Assembly: GCA_027036675.1 (NCBI GenBank) | Contig: JALWDW010000005.1 | Coordinates: 1 to 46,976 of the forward strand | Direction of reading: 5' to 3' | DNA: 46,976 bases | Source: Candidatus Dojkabacteria bacterium | Lineage (GTDB): Bacteria > Patescibacteriota > Dojkabacteria > SC72 > JAHDCA01 | In this document: in pieces, positions 1-9,279 of the stretch | Layout: every line of letters begins with the position of its first letter | How positions within the stretch are numbered: position 1 is the first letter of the stretch | Notes under the pieces: model-generated | What the model saw: only the letters and a program-made list of their open reading frames with translations | Database searches by the model: none | Told to the model about the DNA's origin: nothing | Made by a program: the position numbers and the translations under genes

Positions 1-65
1 GGGTATAAGGCGGGGGTCGGCATATTATGCTACAATACACGCGAATTAAACTAAACACCTGTACC

Positions 66-1193
66 ATGCCCACGAGTAAGAATTTACCGTTGACACAACG
101 TATGGAGCTGATCCAGAGCCTCGCAGAGGAAATCACCGACATCGACGAATTGGAGGCCTTGCTTCGATCCGAAGAAAACCTTTCGTGTTATGACGGGTTT
201 GAACCCTCAGGCAAATTGCATATAGCGCAGGGCACACTGCGAGCCATCAATACAAACAAGATGATCAAAGCAGGGTTCCAGTTTAAGTTCTACGTCGCCG
301 ATTGGTTCGCTCATCTCAACAAAAAACTCGGCGGTGATATGGAAAAAATCCGGATCGCCGGGCAGTATTTTGTGGAAGTGTGGAAAGCCAGCGGGATGAA
401 TTTAGACAATGTCGAATTCATTTGGGCCTCCGACCTTATCAAACAAGACGGTTACTGGGAAACAGTGATGAAAATAGCCGGGACCACGACTCTCAAACGG
501 GTATTACGCACAACACAGATCATGGGGCGTACCGATGGAGATGAGCTTCACGCCTCGCAAATACTTTACCCATGCATGCAGGCCGCCGACATACACCACC
601 TCGGAGTCCAAGTTACTCAACTCGGTCTGGACCAACGCAAGGTCAATATGCTTGCGCGTGAGATATTCCCTTCCCTCGGACTGAAGAAGCCAATCGTCGT
701 CAGCAGTCATATGTTGATGGGACTGCAAAAACCACCGTCAAAAGAAACTACCGATACAATCGAACGCGCCATCGCCATGAAAATGTCTAAATCCAACCCG
801 GACAGCGCGATCTTCATGACTGATCAAGAGGATGATATCAAACGGAAAATCAACAAAGCGTACTGTCCTCCAAATCAAGTGGAAGACAACCCGATACTTG
901 AATACGTGAAATATATTATATTTGAAGCGCATCATCTGATCGGACATGAAAATATACTTGCCGATGGTTTCGTCGTCGAACGACCTGACAAGTTTGGGGG
1001 AGATATAGTGTATCAATCTTACGATGAATTGGAAGACGCTTACGCCAAAGGAGAATTATTCCCGTTGGATTTGAAAAACGCCGTCGCGAAATATCTGAAT
1101 ATCCTCATCAGCCCTGTGCATAAGCATTTCCAGGAAAACAAACAAGCAAACGAGATCATGAAACAAGTGGATTCGTTTGAAATCACAAGGTGA
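66..1193 (+). CDS. tyrS: Tyrosyl-tRNA synthetase, archaeal/eukaryote type
   Basis: CYDGFEPSGKLHIAQG (HIGH-like), LYPCMQAADI, GLDQRKVNM and KMSKS motifs; no C-terminal S4 domain. Start placed at ATG 66 because a TGcTACAAT -10 box lies at 28-36; the ORF track starts at 27. Confidence 0.93.
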   Translation: MPTSKNLPLTQRMELIQSLAEEITDIDELEALLRSEENLSCYDGFEPSGKLHIAQGTLRAINTNKMIKAGFQFKFYVADWFAHLNKKLGGDMEKIRIAGQYFVEVWKASGMNLDNVEFIWASDLIKQDGYWETVMKIAGTTTLKRVLRTTQIMGRTDGDELHASQILYPCMQAADIHHLGVQVTQLGLDQRKVNMLAREIFPSLGLKKPIVVSSHMLMGLQKPPSKETTDTIERAIAMKMSKSNPDSAIFMTDQEDDIKRKINKAYCPPNQVEDNPILEYVKYIIFEAHHLIGHENILADGFVVERPDKFGGDIVYQSYDELEDAYAKGELFPLDLKNAVAKYLNILISPVHKHFQENKQANEIMKQVDSFEITR

Positions 1194-1216
1194 GAGACAG
1201 CCGGAAATTTGGAAAC

Positions 1217-1289
1217 TGAGAGCGGAGGGACTCGAACCCTCGACCAGCGGGTTAAAAGCCCGATGCTCTACCAACTGAGCTACGCTCCC
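1217..1289 (-). tRNA. tRNA-Lys(UUU), CCA not encoded
   Basis: Reverse complement folds as GGGAGCG-TA-GCTC AGTTGGTA GAGC-A-TCGGG CT TTT AA CCCGC-TGGTC-GAGGG TTCGAGT CCCTC-CGCTCTC-A; 73 nt. Confidence 0.95.
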
Positions 1290-1333
1290 GATCGATTTCG
1301 AAATTACGCAGTAGTATACAAAAAAACACTACC

Positions 1334-1966
1334 CTACTCAAGCACTTTGTTGATAAACCGGTCCAAAACCGCAGTGAAGCTCTGATCAGGCACAAAGTTT
1401 GAATTTATTGGAATATACGAGTCGGGATTTTGTGCGGTTTGTGCACATTTTGTGCAAACCGACGTCATTTCAACCGGGTTCAAAGAAAGCCCGGCCCCCT
1501 TCTCCAATTGCTCCCCGCACACAGAGCATGTTTTCAAATCCGGCAGATAACCGAAATATCGCAATGCCAACAGCATAAAACGATTTGTTTTCTCTGCGTC
1601 AAAATCAGTTCTCAATAATTTTAGAAGCACGTCAAAAACCTCCTGCTCCGCTGAATCTTCAGGCACCAATTTCGTCATCAGATTCAATACCCTATGTATA
1701 TTCAATTGCTCCATATTCGCGTAATCAGGTGTATACAAGTTTTCACCGCGTCGCAGATGATACATATTTTTACCTGGGTAAACGATGAACGTATTGTAAG
1801 ACAATGTCTGTACTCCGGATCTGTTTTTGCTTTCCATTTTGCGAACCCCTTTTGCAAAGATTTTGATCAACCCACGCTCACGGGTAAACACTGTCAATAT
1901 CTTATCCGCCTCCGAAAAATTGACCGATTTGATGACAATACCGTGGAACTTCTGTATCCGTTGCAT
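1334..1966 (-). CDS. recO: DNA repair protein RecO
   Basis: GIVIKSVNFSEADKILTVFTRERGLIKIFAKGVRK N-terminal OB fold, GYLP motif, CSVC...CTKC zinc finger. Start re-set to ATG at 1966, 4 nt after the upstream glycosyltransferase stop. Confidence 0.9.
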   Translation of the reverse strand: MQRIQKFHGIVIKSVNFSEADKILTVFTRERGLIKIFAKGVRKMESKNRSGVQTLSYNTFIVYPGKNMYHLRRGENLYTPDYANMEQLNIHRVLNLMTKLVPEDSAEQEVFDVLLKLLRTDFDAEKTNRFMLLALRYFGYLPDLKTCSVCGEQLEKGAGLSLNPVEMTSVCTKCAQTAQNPDSYIPINSNFVPDQSFTAVLDRFINKVLE

Positions 1967-1970
1967 TTTT

Positions 1971-3104
1971 TCAGAACTCCAATTTATCGAGGAAAACCCT
2001 TTTATCAAAACGGATGGCATTTTGCCTGCATGATTCGGGGGTAATATCAGTGGATAATTTTTCTTCAAACAATCTGATGGCTTCAGCCATAGCGGTGGCC
2101 GTGTATTCATCGAAAAAGACACCGCTACGCCCATCTGCGATCGTTTCCGTTACACCCCCGCCTTTGTAAGCGATCACCGGTACGCCCGCATAATTCGCTT
2201 CCACAGGCACCAAACCGAAGTCCTCATCCCGCACCGGGTACAAAAGCGCAGTGCACCTGGCAAACAACGATTTCTTTGTATTATCTGAAACAAATCCCAG
2301 GAACTTAATCAACTTACCGGCTTTGTGCAATTTCACAATTTTCCGCAATCTGTCTTCGTCACCTCCGGTACCGGCTATATACAGTTTTCTACCAAGTATG
2401 ATGCATGCCCTGATAGCCAATTCCACCCCTTTGTAACTTTCCAACCGACCAAAATATAGATAAAACCGCTCAGGGCGGCGGTCAATCGAAACTTCTTCGA
2501 AATTCACCGGCGGATACAGTACGGTTGATTCCACACCATAAAACTTTTCGATCCGAATTTGCACAGCATCGGAATTTGCATAGACCTTGTCAGCCAAAGT
2601 TACGGCTTCTCGGTCTTGTCTACGCCAGCCGGGGTGTAAAAAACGGCTTAGTGCAGACTTATAGATCCGATACAGCAAATTGGATGAATGCCGCATAGAG
2701 CGAGTCTTCATCCAAAGAAATCTTGGCGGGGTCATGATATGCAACACCGTATACGGTTTTCGGGCAGACTCACGGATACCGCGCAGGACCTGCTTCTCAA
2801 AACCGTCGGACAATATAAATACCTTATCATAGGAAGATATATCCATATGTTTGTACAAAAACCCTTGCAACGGGATCCAGATCGGATGGCGTTTGACGAA
2901 AATGGGTAATTTGTCGAACCACGTCGTCTTGATAGTCCGGCCGGGGAAGAGTTTTTGAGCCAATTTCATGTCCGCCCATGCTGTCATGATGATCGCATCG
3001 GGGTATTTGTCGCTTACCACCTTCAGATGCAATTCCGCACCGCCGTAAGTATGTAGAGGATGTATGACCAATGCTCTTTTTGCTTGAGTTTCGGATTCGA
3101 CCAC
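1971..3104 (-). CDS. Glycosyltransferase family 4 (GT-B)
   Basis: GGAE N-terminal motif, FGRLESYKG, EDFGLVPVEANYAGVPVI (Ex7E motif). Confidence 0.9.
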   Translation of the reverse strand: MVESETQAKRALVIHPLHTYGGAELHLKVVSDKYPDAIIMTAWADMKLAQKLFPGRTIKTTWFDKLPIFVKRHPIWIPLQGFLYKHMDISSYDKVFILSDGFEKQVLRGIRESARKPYTVLHIMTPPRFLWMKTRSMRHSSNLLYRIYKSALSRFLHPGWRRQDREAVTLADKVYANSDAVQIRIEKFYGVESTVLYPPVNFEEVSIDRRPERFYLYFGRLESYKGVELAIRACIILGRKLYIAGTGGDEDRLRKIVKLHKAGKLIKFLGFVSDNTKKSLFARCTALLYPVRDEDFGLVPVEANYAGVPVIAYKGGGVTETIADGRSGVFFDEYTATAMAEAIRLFEEKLSTDITPESCRQNAIRFDKRVFLDKLEF

Positions 3105-3115
3105 GATTCATTATA

Positions 3116-4324
3116 TCACCGTAGAGTGTCTGCAATGCAATTTTCCATACCGTGTCGCTTCACGACCTTGTCTACGGCCTCCGTTATGCGTCGTACAAAC
3201 TCGTCCCTGCCATAAAGTTCCGCCCTCCGCCTAAGTGCATCCCGCCTAAACTGCGTTGACTCGAAACCGTCCATGATATCCGCCAGTTGTGCGGTCGTAT
3301 GAAAAATATACCCATACTTTGATCGACATGGAGGCTTGTCAGTAGGTGCGAAGTCCAATACCTCACGTATGGCGCCTCTATCATAGCCGATCACAGGACA
3401 TCCGTATGACAAAGCCTCCACGGTCACAAGGCCAAAATCCTCCTCCGTTGGAAACACCACCGCTTGCGCCTGACGGTACAATCCGATAAGCTCCGAGTCC
3501 GAAACATGCCCCGTAAAATAGATATTGTCGTGGCCTTTGGCAAGCCTCTTCAGACGTTTCGTGGCGGGACCGCGCCCCGTGATCAGCAAGTGCTTCCCTG
3601 TCTTGATACCCGCACGAATCGCAGTCGCTATGTTTTTGTAATCGTAATGCCTTGCCACAACCAAGAAGAATTCCTCCGGCAACGACTTTCCCTCCGTTAC
3701 CGACACTGCGGTTTCGACATCGCCGGTCAATGTGGTGCACGGGTAAATAACTTCGTCAGGTGTCCGCCTATAGTACTTCTCAATCTTCTGCGATATATAT
3801 TGGGAAATCGCTATCATATAATCAATCTTCTGCGCATAAATATAATCATATATGCGTGCCGTATGTCTTATCCGCAAAGCCACCGGCGACAAAAGCTTCC
3901 TCAACAAACCCCGGCCCACATTCAATTCCCCATCCCATAAAAACCTCGGCGGAGTCAGGATAATACCGATATGAGGAGTACTGTAATCCGTGACGATCCT
4001 TTTGGATACTCCGGCCGAAACTGAAATCACCATATCGTATCCCGAGGTATCGTAATTCTCAAACCCCATATATGCCACCGAGTTGAAATAACGGTATATC
4101 TTCCTGACAAAAGGAAGTTTTTGGATAAAAGTTGTTTTGATTTTGCTGACATACTCTTCAGAATATTCATAGTTTTCCGGGAAAAACACCGTAGTCAGTA
4201 CCTCTGCAGAGGGGAATATATCAACCAATGCCTCGACCAAGCGATCAGCTCCGCCGGGCGACGCCATCCAATCGGTCGTGATCAGGACCTTCAAGTCCTT
4301 AGTCGATTTGTGTGAATTCCGCAT
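3116..4324 (-). CDS. Glycosyltransferase family 4 (GT-B)
   Basis: DWMASPGGADR, VARHYDYKN, EEDFGLVTVEALSYGCPVI; paralog of the adjacent gene. Start placed at ATG 4324, 7 nt after a TATAAT. Confidence 0.88.
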   Translation of the reverse strand: MRNSHKSTKDLKVLITTDWMASPGGADRLVEALVDIFPSAEVLTTVFFPENYEYSEEYVSKIKTTFIQKLPFVRKIYRYFNSVAYMGFENYDTSGYDMVISVSAGVSKRIVTDYSTPHIGIILTPPRFLWDGELNVGRGLLRKLLSPVALRIRHTARIYDYIYAQKIDYMIAISQYISQKIEKYYRRTPDEVIYPCTTLTGDVETAVSVTEGKSLPEEFFLVVARHYDYKNIATAIRAGIKTGKHLLITGRGPATKRLKRLAKGHDNIYFTGHVSDSELIGLYRQAQAVVFPTEEDFGLVTVEALSYGCPVIGYDRGAIREVLDFAPTDKPPCRSKYGYIFHTTAQLADIMDGFESTQFRRDALRRRAELYGRDEFVRRITEAVDKVVKRHGMENCIADTLR

Positions 4325-4378
4325 GATAGAGATTATACCCCAGAACACACCGATCCCCTAAATTCTATTTTCGCGACG

Positions 4379-4468
4379 GCGAAGCCGGTCTGCGTCCCCG
4401 AGGCAGAGCCCAACCTTTGGAGTGAATGCCTGTCTCTACGGGACTGGCAGATGAAAATCCGTGACTTT
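4379..4468 (+). repeat. Dispersed palindromic repeat family, copy A
   Basis: gcgaagccggtctgcgtccccgaggcagagcccaacctttg...gaaaatccgtgacttt matches the family consensus GAAGCCGGGNTTCGNNCCCNGGGNNNNANCCCAACCTTTG-N~34-GAAAATC. Confidence 0.65.
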
Positions 4469-4577
4469 GCGTGTACGTAAAAGTTCCCAAGTGCACTGCG
4501 CATCCCTCTCAGTACAGTGATAGAGCTTTTGAGAATGTCCCTGCCGATGCATGTACGACACAACAAGCTTACGACGA

Positions 4578-4662
4578 GCGAAGCCGGGCTTCGATCCCAT
4601 GGTAGTGCCCCAACCTTTGGAGCAAAAGGCTGAGCCCGCAATAAGAAAAAACCGTGGCTGTG
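4578..4662 (+). repeat. Dispersed palindromic repeat family, copy B
   Basis: gcgaagccgggcttcgatcccatggtagtgccccaacctttggag; the cccaacctttggag block lies exactly 200 bp after the one in copy A. Confidence 0.7.
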
Positions 4663-4733
4663 CACTCATGCGCGAGAGGACGAGCATACAGCCTCTCCCA
4701 CGACCCTACGGTCGGGGACTTACGCCGGAGGGA

Positions 4734-5330
4734 CTAAAGGGAAGGTAAACTATCATCATCGCCCATCATCGCATTTGCCAGGGCTTCGACATCCTCACCA
4801 TCGGATGACTCATCCAACAACGCAAGAGCGTCCTCAAGATCCACATTATTTTCTGACTCGCCATCATCCGAACCGGTACCATAATCCGTAGCATCCTCCG
4901 GGAATATATCATCCAATTCAGACGCAAAGGCCACAATATCCGAGTCAAGCCCCAGGCTGTCCACAGCAGCTTCTTCTATCGCTTCCACAGAGTCGCGCCG
5001 CTTCCCCACCCCAGCCTTTGGCGACATCGCACCGCTTATCTGAATCTCAACATCATCTGCACCGTCGTCAAAATCTTCACCCACAAAATGAGAAGTCTTA
5101 CGTGTCGTTTTGGCATTTTTCTTGGATTGCAAAAGATCGAGGTACTTTTCAGCTTCATCGTCAAATTTCTCGATCACCTCTAGGACACGCAATGACGGAG
5201 GACAAATCATATACGATTGATTTTCGTCCGGGTCCACCATAGGATCGTTGGGCGCAAACACTATGATTTGCACCCTCTTGCGTTTGGCATTCGCAACGTC
5301 CTTGACTTTTCGTGTTTTTGGGGCAGCCAT
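4734..5330 (-). CDS. Hypothetical protein, basic N-terminus and highly acidic C-terminal half
   Basis: 198-aa ORF with ATG start and an AT-rich upstream region; Asp/Glu-rich low-complexity tail. No family recognised. Confidence 0.75.
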   Translation of the reverse strand: MAAPKTRKVKDVANAKRKRVQIIVFAPNDPMVDPDENQSYMICPPSLRVLEVIEKFDDEAEKYLDLLQSKKNAKTTRKTSHFVGEDFDDGADDVEIQISGAMSPKAGVGKRRDSVEAIEEAAVDSLGLDSDIVAFASELDDIFPEDATDYGTGSDDGESENNVDLEDALALLDESSDGEDVEALANAMMGDDDSLPSL

Positions 5331-5416
5331 AAAAACACTTTATATATTAAAAACTCTATCCTTCTATGAAAGAATAGCATATCGGAATACGTATAGCAAA
5401 CACCCTATAGCCACTG

Positions 5417-8400
5417 TCAATTCTTACCGTGGCACTTTTTATATTTTTTGCCACTACCGCATGGGCACGGATCATTTCGACCAACCTTGCGAACATTGCG
5501 TACGGTAGTTTGCTTACCGGCAGTGGAATTACTCGCATTTTCTTTCCCATGTACGCGCAATACCTTTTGCACCGCATCTTGTGTGGCCTCCTCCGTCGAT
5601 TGTCGTCTAAACTGTGTTGACGGAGCGGGATGAGTATCCGTCACCTGAGCTGGAGGTCGAGATTGCCTGATCATCCTGATTTTGTAAAATCGCCCGATGA
5701 CTTGTTCTTCCACGTTGCGTAACATCTGTTCAAACAACGAGAAACCTTCATTTTTGTACTCAACCAACGGGTCCTTCTGAGCAAAACTCCTCATATTTAT
5801 CCCCTCGCGCAAATCTTGCATCGTATCCAGGTGTTCCATCCAGATCTGGTCCAAAGTATCTAGCAGAAGTACTTTGGAAAGTCGCGTAAGATTTGGTTCG
5901 CGCAACGACTTCGCATGGAAAATATACGCAGCTAATATCAATTTCAACAATAAGTTCTCTTTTTCGACGGTATCATCAAAGTTATGAACCGCATCCATCA
6001 AGTCTGAAAAACTTTCATACCCGAGCAGGCCTGCGGAAATTTTCGCAAGATCTTCACCTAAAAGGCTTTTGACAGCTGTCTCTACATTTTTCTCTTCAGC
6101 GTCATCCACCTGCATGTCATCACGCAATTGATTCGCAAACAAGGTTCGTACGTACTCTACAGTCTTTTTCAGCACCCACAAAGCGTTTGGCGAATCGATT
6201 CCCAACTCCGAAAGTACCGGTACTTCCCATGTTTTGTCATTGCGCAATTCAAATTTATCCAAGTGCTCCAAGACATGAGCGATATCCATATCTTGTATTT
6301 GATTTCGGAGCTCCTGGACTGTTTTGGCATCCAGCGGTTCGTTGGGTTGAAGGTCTTGCCCGTCATCTCTTGTTTTGGCCACCTCTAGGATATGCCTTCG
6401 CAGTGAGTAAATTATATTTCTTTGTTGATTCAGCACATCGTCGTATTCGACAAGTCTTTTTCGAGTGTCATAGTTGTAAGCTTCCACTTTCTTTTGAGCG
6501 TTTTCGATTGTTTTGCCCAAAAGCTTGACGGATACCGGCATATCGTCGGACATCCCCACCTTACTCATGATATTCGCCATGGAATCACCTCCAAACAGAC
6601 GCATCAGTTCATCTTCAAAAGACACATAGAAACGAGATAAACCAGGATCGCCTTGTCGTCCGGACCGTCCGCGAAGCTGGTTGTCGATTCGCCTTGATTC
6701 GTGCCTTTCAGAACCTATGACATAGAGTCCGCCCAATTCAGCGACTCCTTCGCCCAACGCTATATCCGTACCACGTCCGGCCATATTTGTAGCGATCGTC
6801 ACCTGCCCTTTTTGCCCTGCTTCACGCACTATTGCCGCCTCTTTCTCGTGTTGTTTGGCGTTCAACACATTATGCGGTATTCCCTCTTTGGCCAGCATAT
6901 CCGACAATCTTTCCGACTTTTCGATAGATGTCGTGCCCACAAGTACAGGTTGTCCCCTTTTGTGAGCTTCGATGATATCTCGCGCTATCGCCCTAAACTT
7001 GCCCTGCTCCGTCCGATATACCATGTCCGTTTTATCTTCCCGGATGACGGGCTTATTGGTCGGGATCACCACCACATCCAGATCGTAGATATTGGCGAAC
7101 TCTTCGGCCTCGGTCAACGCAGTCGCCGTCATACCGGCCAAATGCTCGTACAAACGGAAATAATTTTGCAATGTGATCGTTGCCAGTGTCCGCGATTCTT
7201 TCTTGACCTCCACGCCCTCTTTCGCTTCGATAGCCTGATGTAAACCTTCGGAAAACCTCCTACCTTCCATTGCCCTGCCTGTGAACTCGTCGATAATGAT
7301 GACTTCCCCGTCACGCACGATATATTCATCGTCCAATTTGTACAACCCGCGGGCTTTCAATGCATTGTCCAGATGATAGGCTAGTTGTGCGTCTTCATAC
7401 AAATTTGATACTCCCAGCGTTTTTTCCACCTTGGAGACACCTTGTTCGGTCAATAGTACGGCCCTGTCCTTTTCATCTACAGTGAAGTCTTCCTCTGGGA
7501 CGAGGTCGCGGACTATGGCCGCAAATTTCACGTACAGTTGATTGGAATCCGATGCGTTTTGCGAGATGATCAACGGCGTCCTGGCTTCATCTATAAGTAC
7601 CGAGTCCGCCTCGTCGATTATTGCGTAATGTAACCTCTTTTGCACACGTTCCGCAAGTGTCTTAGCCATATTGTCACGCAGATAATCGAAACCGAATTCA
7701 TTGTTTGTACCGTATACTATGTCGCAGTTGTAAACCTCTTTCTTGTCGACCTTCAACAGATTTGATCCATTCAACATATCTGTTTTCAAGATCCCCTTTT
7801 CCGTCGCTCGTCGTTGCCTTTCTTGCACCAATTCGTATGCTTCCGCGCCTTTAAGATCTTTGACATCTTCGTCAGGTATGAATTTGTACTGTTCATTGTT
7901 GTTGATAGCACCGACGCTTATACCGAGTGAATGTAGGATATAGCCGTTCCATTCGGCATGCAATCTTGCGAGATAATCGTTAACTGTGACCAAGTGGGCG
8001 CCCTTACCAGTCAAAGCGTATACATACAGAGGGAGATTGGCGGCGTTTGTTTTACCTTCACCTGTGAAAAGCTCTATCAATTTGCCATGGAAAAGGAAGT
8101 ATCCTGCGATGACCTGGACGTCAAAATGCCTATGGTTTGCTACACGTTTGGTAGCTTCTCGCACAACGGCAAAAGCTTCCGGCAATATTTCATTCAATAC
8201 CTCCCGTTCTTTTTTCAACTCCTCGGCCGTGTACTGATACGTGGGATCACCCGCTTTTTCCGGATCGTAATTCAGCATCTCGCGAAACTTCACAGTCCTT
8301 GCGGCCAGTTCATCATCGGAGAGAGCCGATATTTCCGGTTCCCAAGCGTTTACTTGCTCAAGAAACTTGTATCCCGCTTTAAGCTCCTTTTCATTGCTAT

Positions 8401-8437
8401 CGAACAATTTGGTCAATTTTTCCACTACACCCAGCAT
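5417..8437 (-). CDS. secA: Preprotein translocase ATPase SecA
   Basis: FTGEGKT Walker [50 protein letters not shown]-terminal [22 protein letters not shown] motif. Confidence 0.98.
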   Translation of the reverse strand: MLGVVEKLTKLFDSNEKELKAGYKFLEQVNAWEPEISALSDDELAARTVKFREMLNYDPEKAGDPTYQYTAEELKKEREVLNEILPEAFAVVREATKRVANHRHFDVQVIAGYFLFHGKLIELFTGEGKTNAANLPLYVYALTGKGAHLVTVNDYLARLHAEWNGYILHSLGISVGAINNNEQYKFIPDEDVKDLKGAEAYELVQERQRRATEKGILKTDMLNGSNLLKVDKKEVYNCDIVYGTNNEFGFDYLRDNMAKTLAERVQKRLHYAIIDEADSVLIDEARTPLIISQNASDSNQLYVKFAAIVRDLVPEEDFTVDEKDRAVLLTEQGVSKVEKTLGVSNLYEDAQLAYHLDNALKARGLYKLDDEYIVRDGEVIIIDEFTGRAMEGRRFSEGLHQAIEAKEGVEVKKESRTLATITLQNYFRLYEHLAGMTATALTEAEEFANIYDLDVVVIPTNKPVIREDKTDMVYRTEQGKFRAIARDIIEAHKRGQPVLVGTTSIEKSERLSDMLAKEGIPHNVLNAKQHEKEAAIVREAGQKGQVTIATNMAGRGTDIALGEGVAELGGLYVIGSERHESRRIDNQLRGRSGRQGDPGLSRFYVSFEDELMRLFGGDSMANIMSKVGMSDDMPVSVKLLGKTIENAQKKVEAYNYDTRKRLVEYDDVLNQQRNIIYSLRRHILEVAKTRDDGQDLQPNEPLDAKTVQELRNQIQDMDIAHVLEHLDKFELRNDKTWEVPVLSELGIDSPNALWVLKKTVEYVRTLFANQLRDDMQVDDAEEKNVETAVKSLLGEDLAKISAGLLGYESFSDLMDAVHNFDDTVEKENLLLKLILAAYIFHAKSLREPNLTRLSKVLLLDTLDQIWMEHLDTMQDLREGINMRSFAQKDPLVEYKNEGFSLFEQMLRNVEEQVIGRFYKIRMIRQSRPPAQVTDTHPAPSTQFRRQSTEEATQDAVQKVLRVHGKENASNSTAGKQTTVRNVRKVGRNDPCPCGSGKKYKKCHGKN

Positions 8438-8493
8438 ACTATCTGTTACCTACATAAATTAATACTACACGGCAAGTATATCATGGATACTCC

Positions 8494-8584
8494 CAAGCCG
8501 GGCTTCGTACCCGGGGTTAAACCCCACCCTTGTTATAGGTAAGCCTGACCTCATGGGAATAGTACCTGCAAAATCAGGATTTTC
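8494..8584 (+). repeat. Dispersed palindromic repeat family, copy C (upstream of secA)
   Basis: caagccgggcttcgtacccggggttaaaccccacccttg...caaaatcaggattttc. Confidence 0.7.
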
Positions 8585-9279
8585 GACATCATTGCAGACA
8601 AATTGAGACACGCGGTTGACGCCTTCACCAAAGCTTTTGTGATACACATCATGTTCGTAATTCGAAATATCCTATGACTACAAGGGTTGTTCTATCGCCT
8701 ACTGTTTTCTTGCCTGGGATGTAGAAATCCGTATACTTCCGAGCAAATGCCTGGAGAGCCTACACGCCCTGAACCCAATGACAGAGCACAATCCCACAAG
8801 TAATGGGGAAGTATTGCCGACGCGACCGGTTGGCAGGGTTCTCATCCACGACAATAAAACCTCTGTAACATCACGATCCGGCTACCGACAATATAAACTC
8901 CACCTGCCAGGATCTACTCTCGCTACATTAGGAGTATCTACATCAGCGAGGGACTAAGGAGCAGACCATTTCGAGACATCCGTACTCAGCACGGAATATA
9001 TCGGACTGCGAGCCAAAGTCACTATTTTTAGTAACCGTTTTTGGCCTTTAACCCTGAATTCTTAAGTCATCGAACAATTACGTGGCATTATAGGCCAGTT
9101 ATCGTACTTCGACCGTGAGTACGAGATTTTGCAATCATGGCAGGGTGCAAGTAAACGGCAGTGATTAAGCGTGATTACATACGCACACCAAATGTACGAA
9201 TATTTAATTTCAAATTCAGAGATATTTCATATCCGTTTGTTATTCTCTGATCAAGAAATTATATTTTTGACGATTACCT

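Noticed and set aside
1217..1289. tRNA used as an integration site for an island
   Set aside because: No integrase and no duplicated tRNA 3' end seen; the flanking genes are housekeeping.
1967..2134. N-terminal extension of RecO in the ORF track
   Set aside because: It overlaps the upstream glycosyltransferase; RecO similarity begins at the ATG at 1966.
4333..4748. RNase P RNA, tmRNA or small ORFs in the spacer after the GT4 gene
   Set aside because: No GAGGAAAGUCC or tRNA-like ends; the region is better explained by two degenerate repeat copies 200 bp apart.
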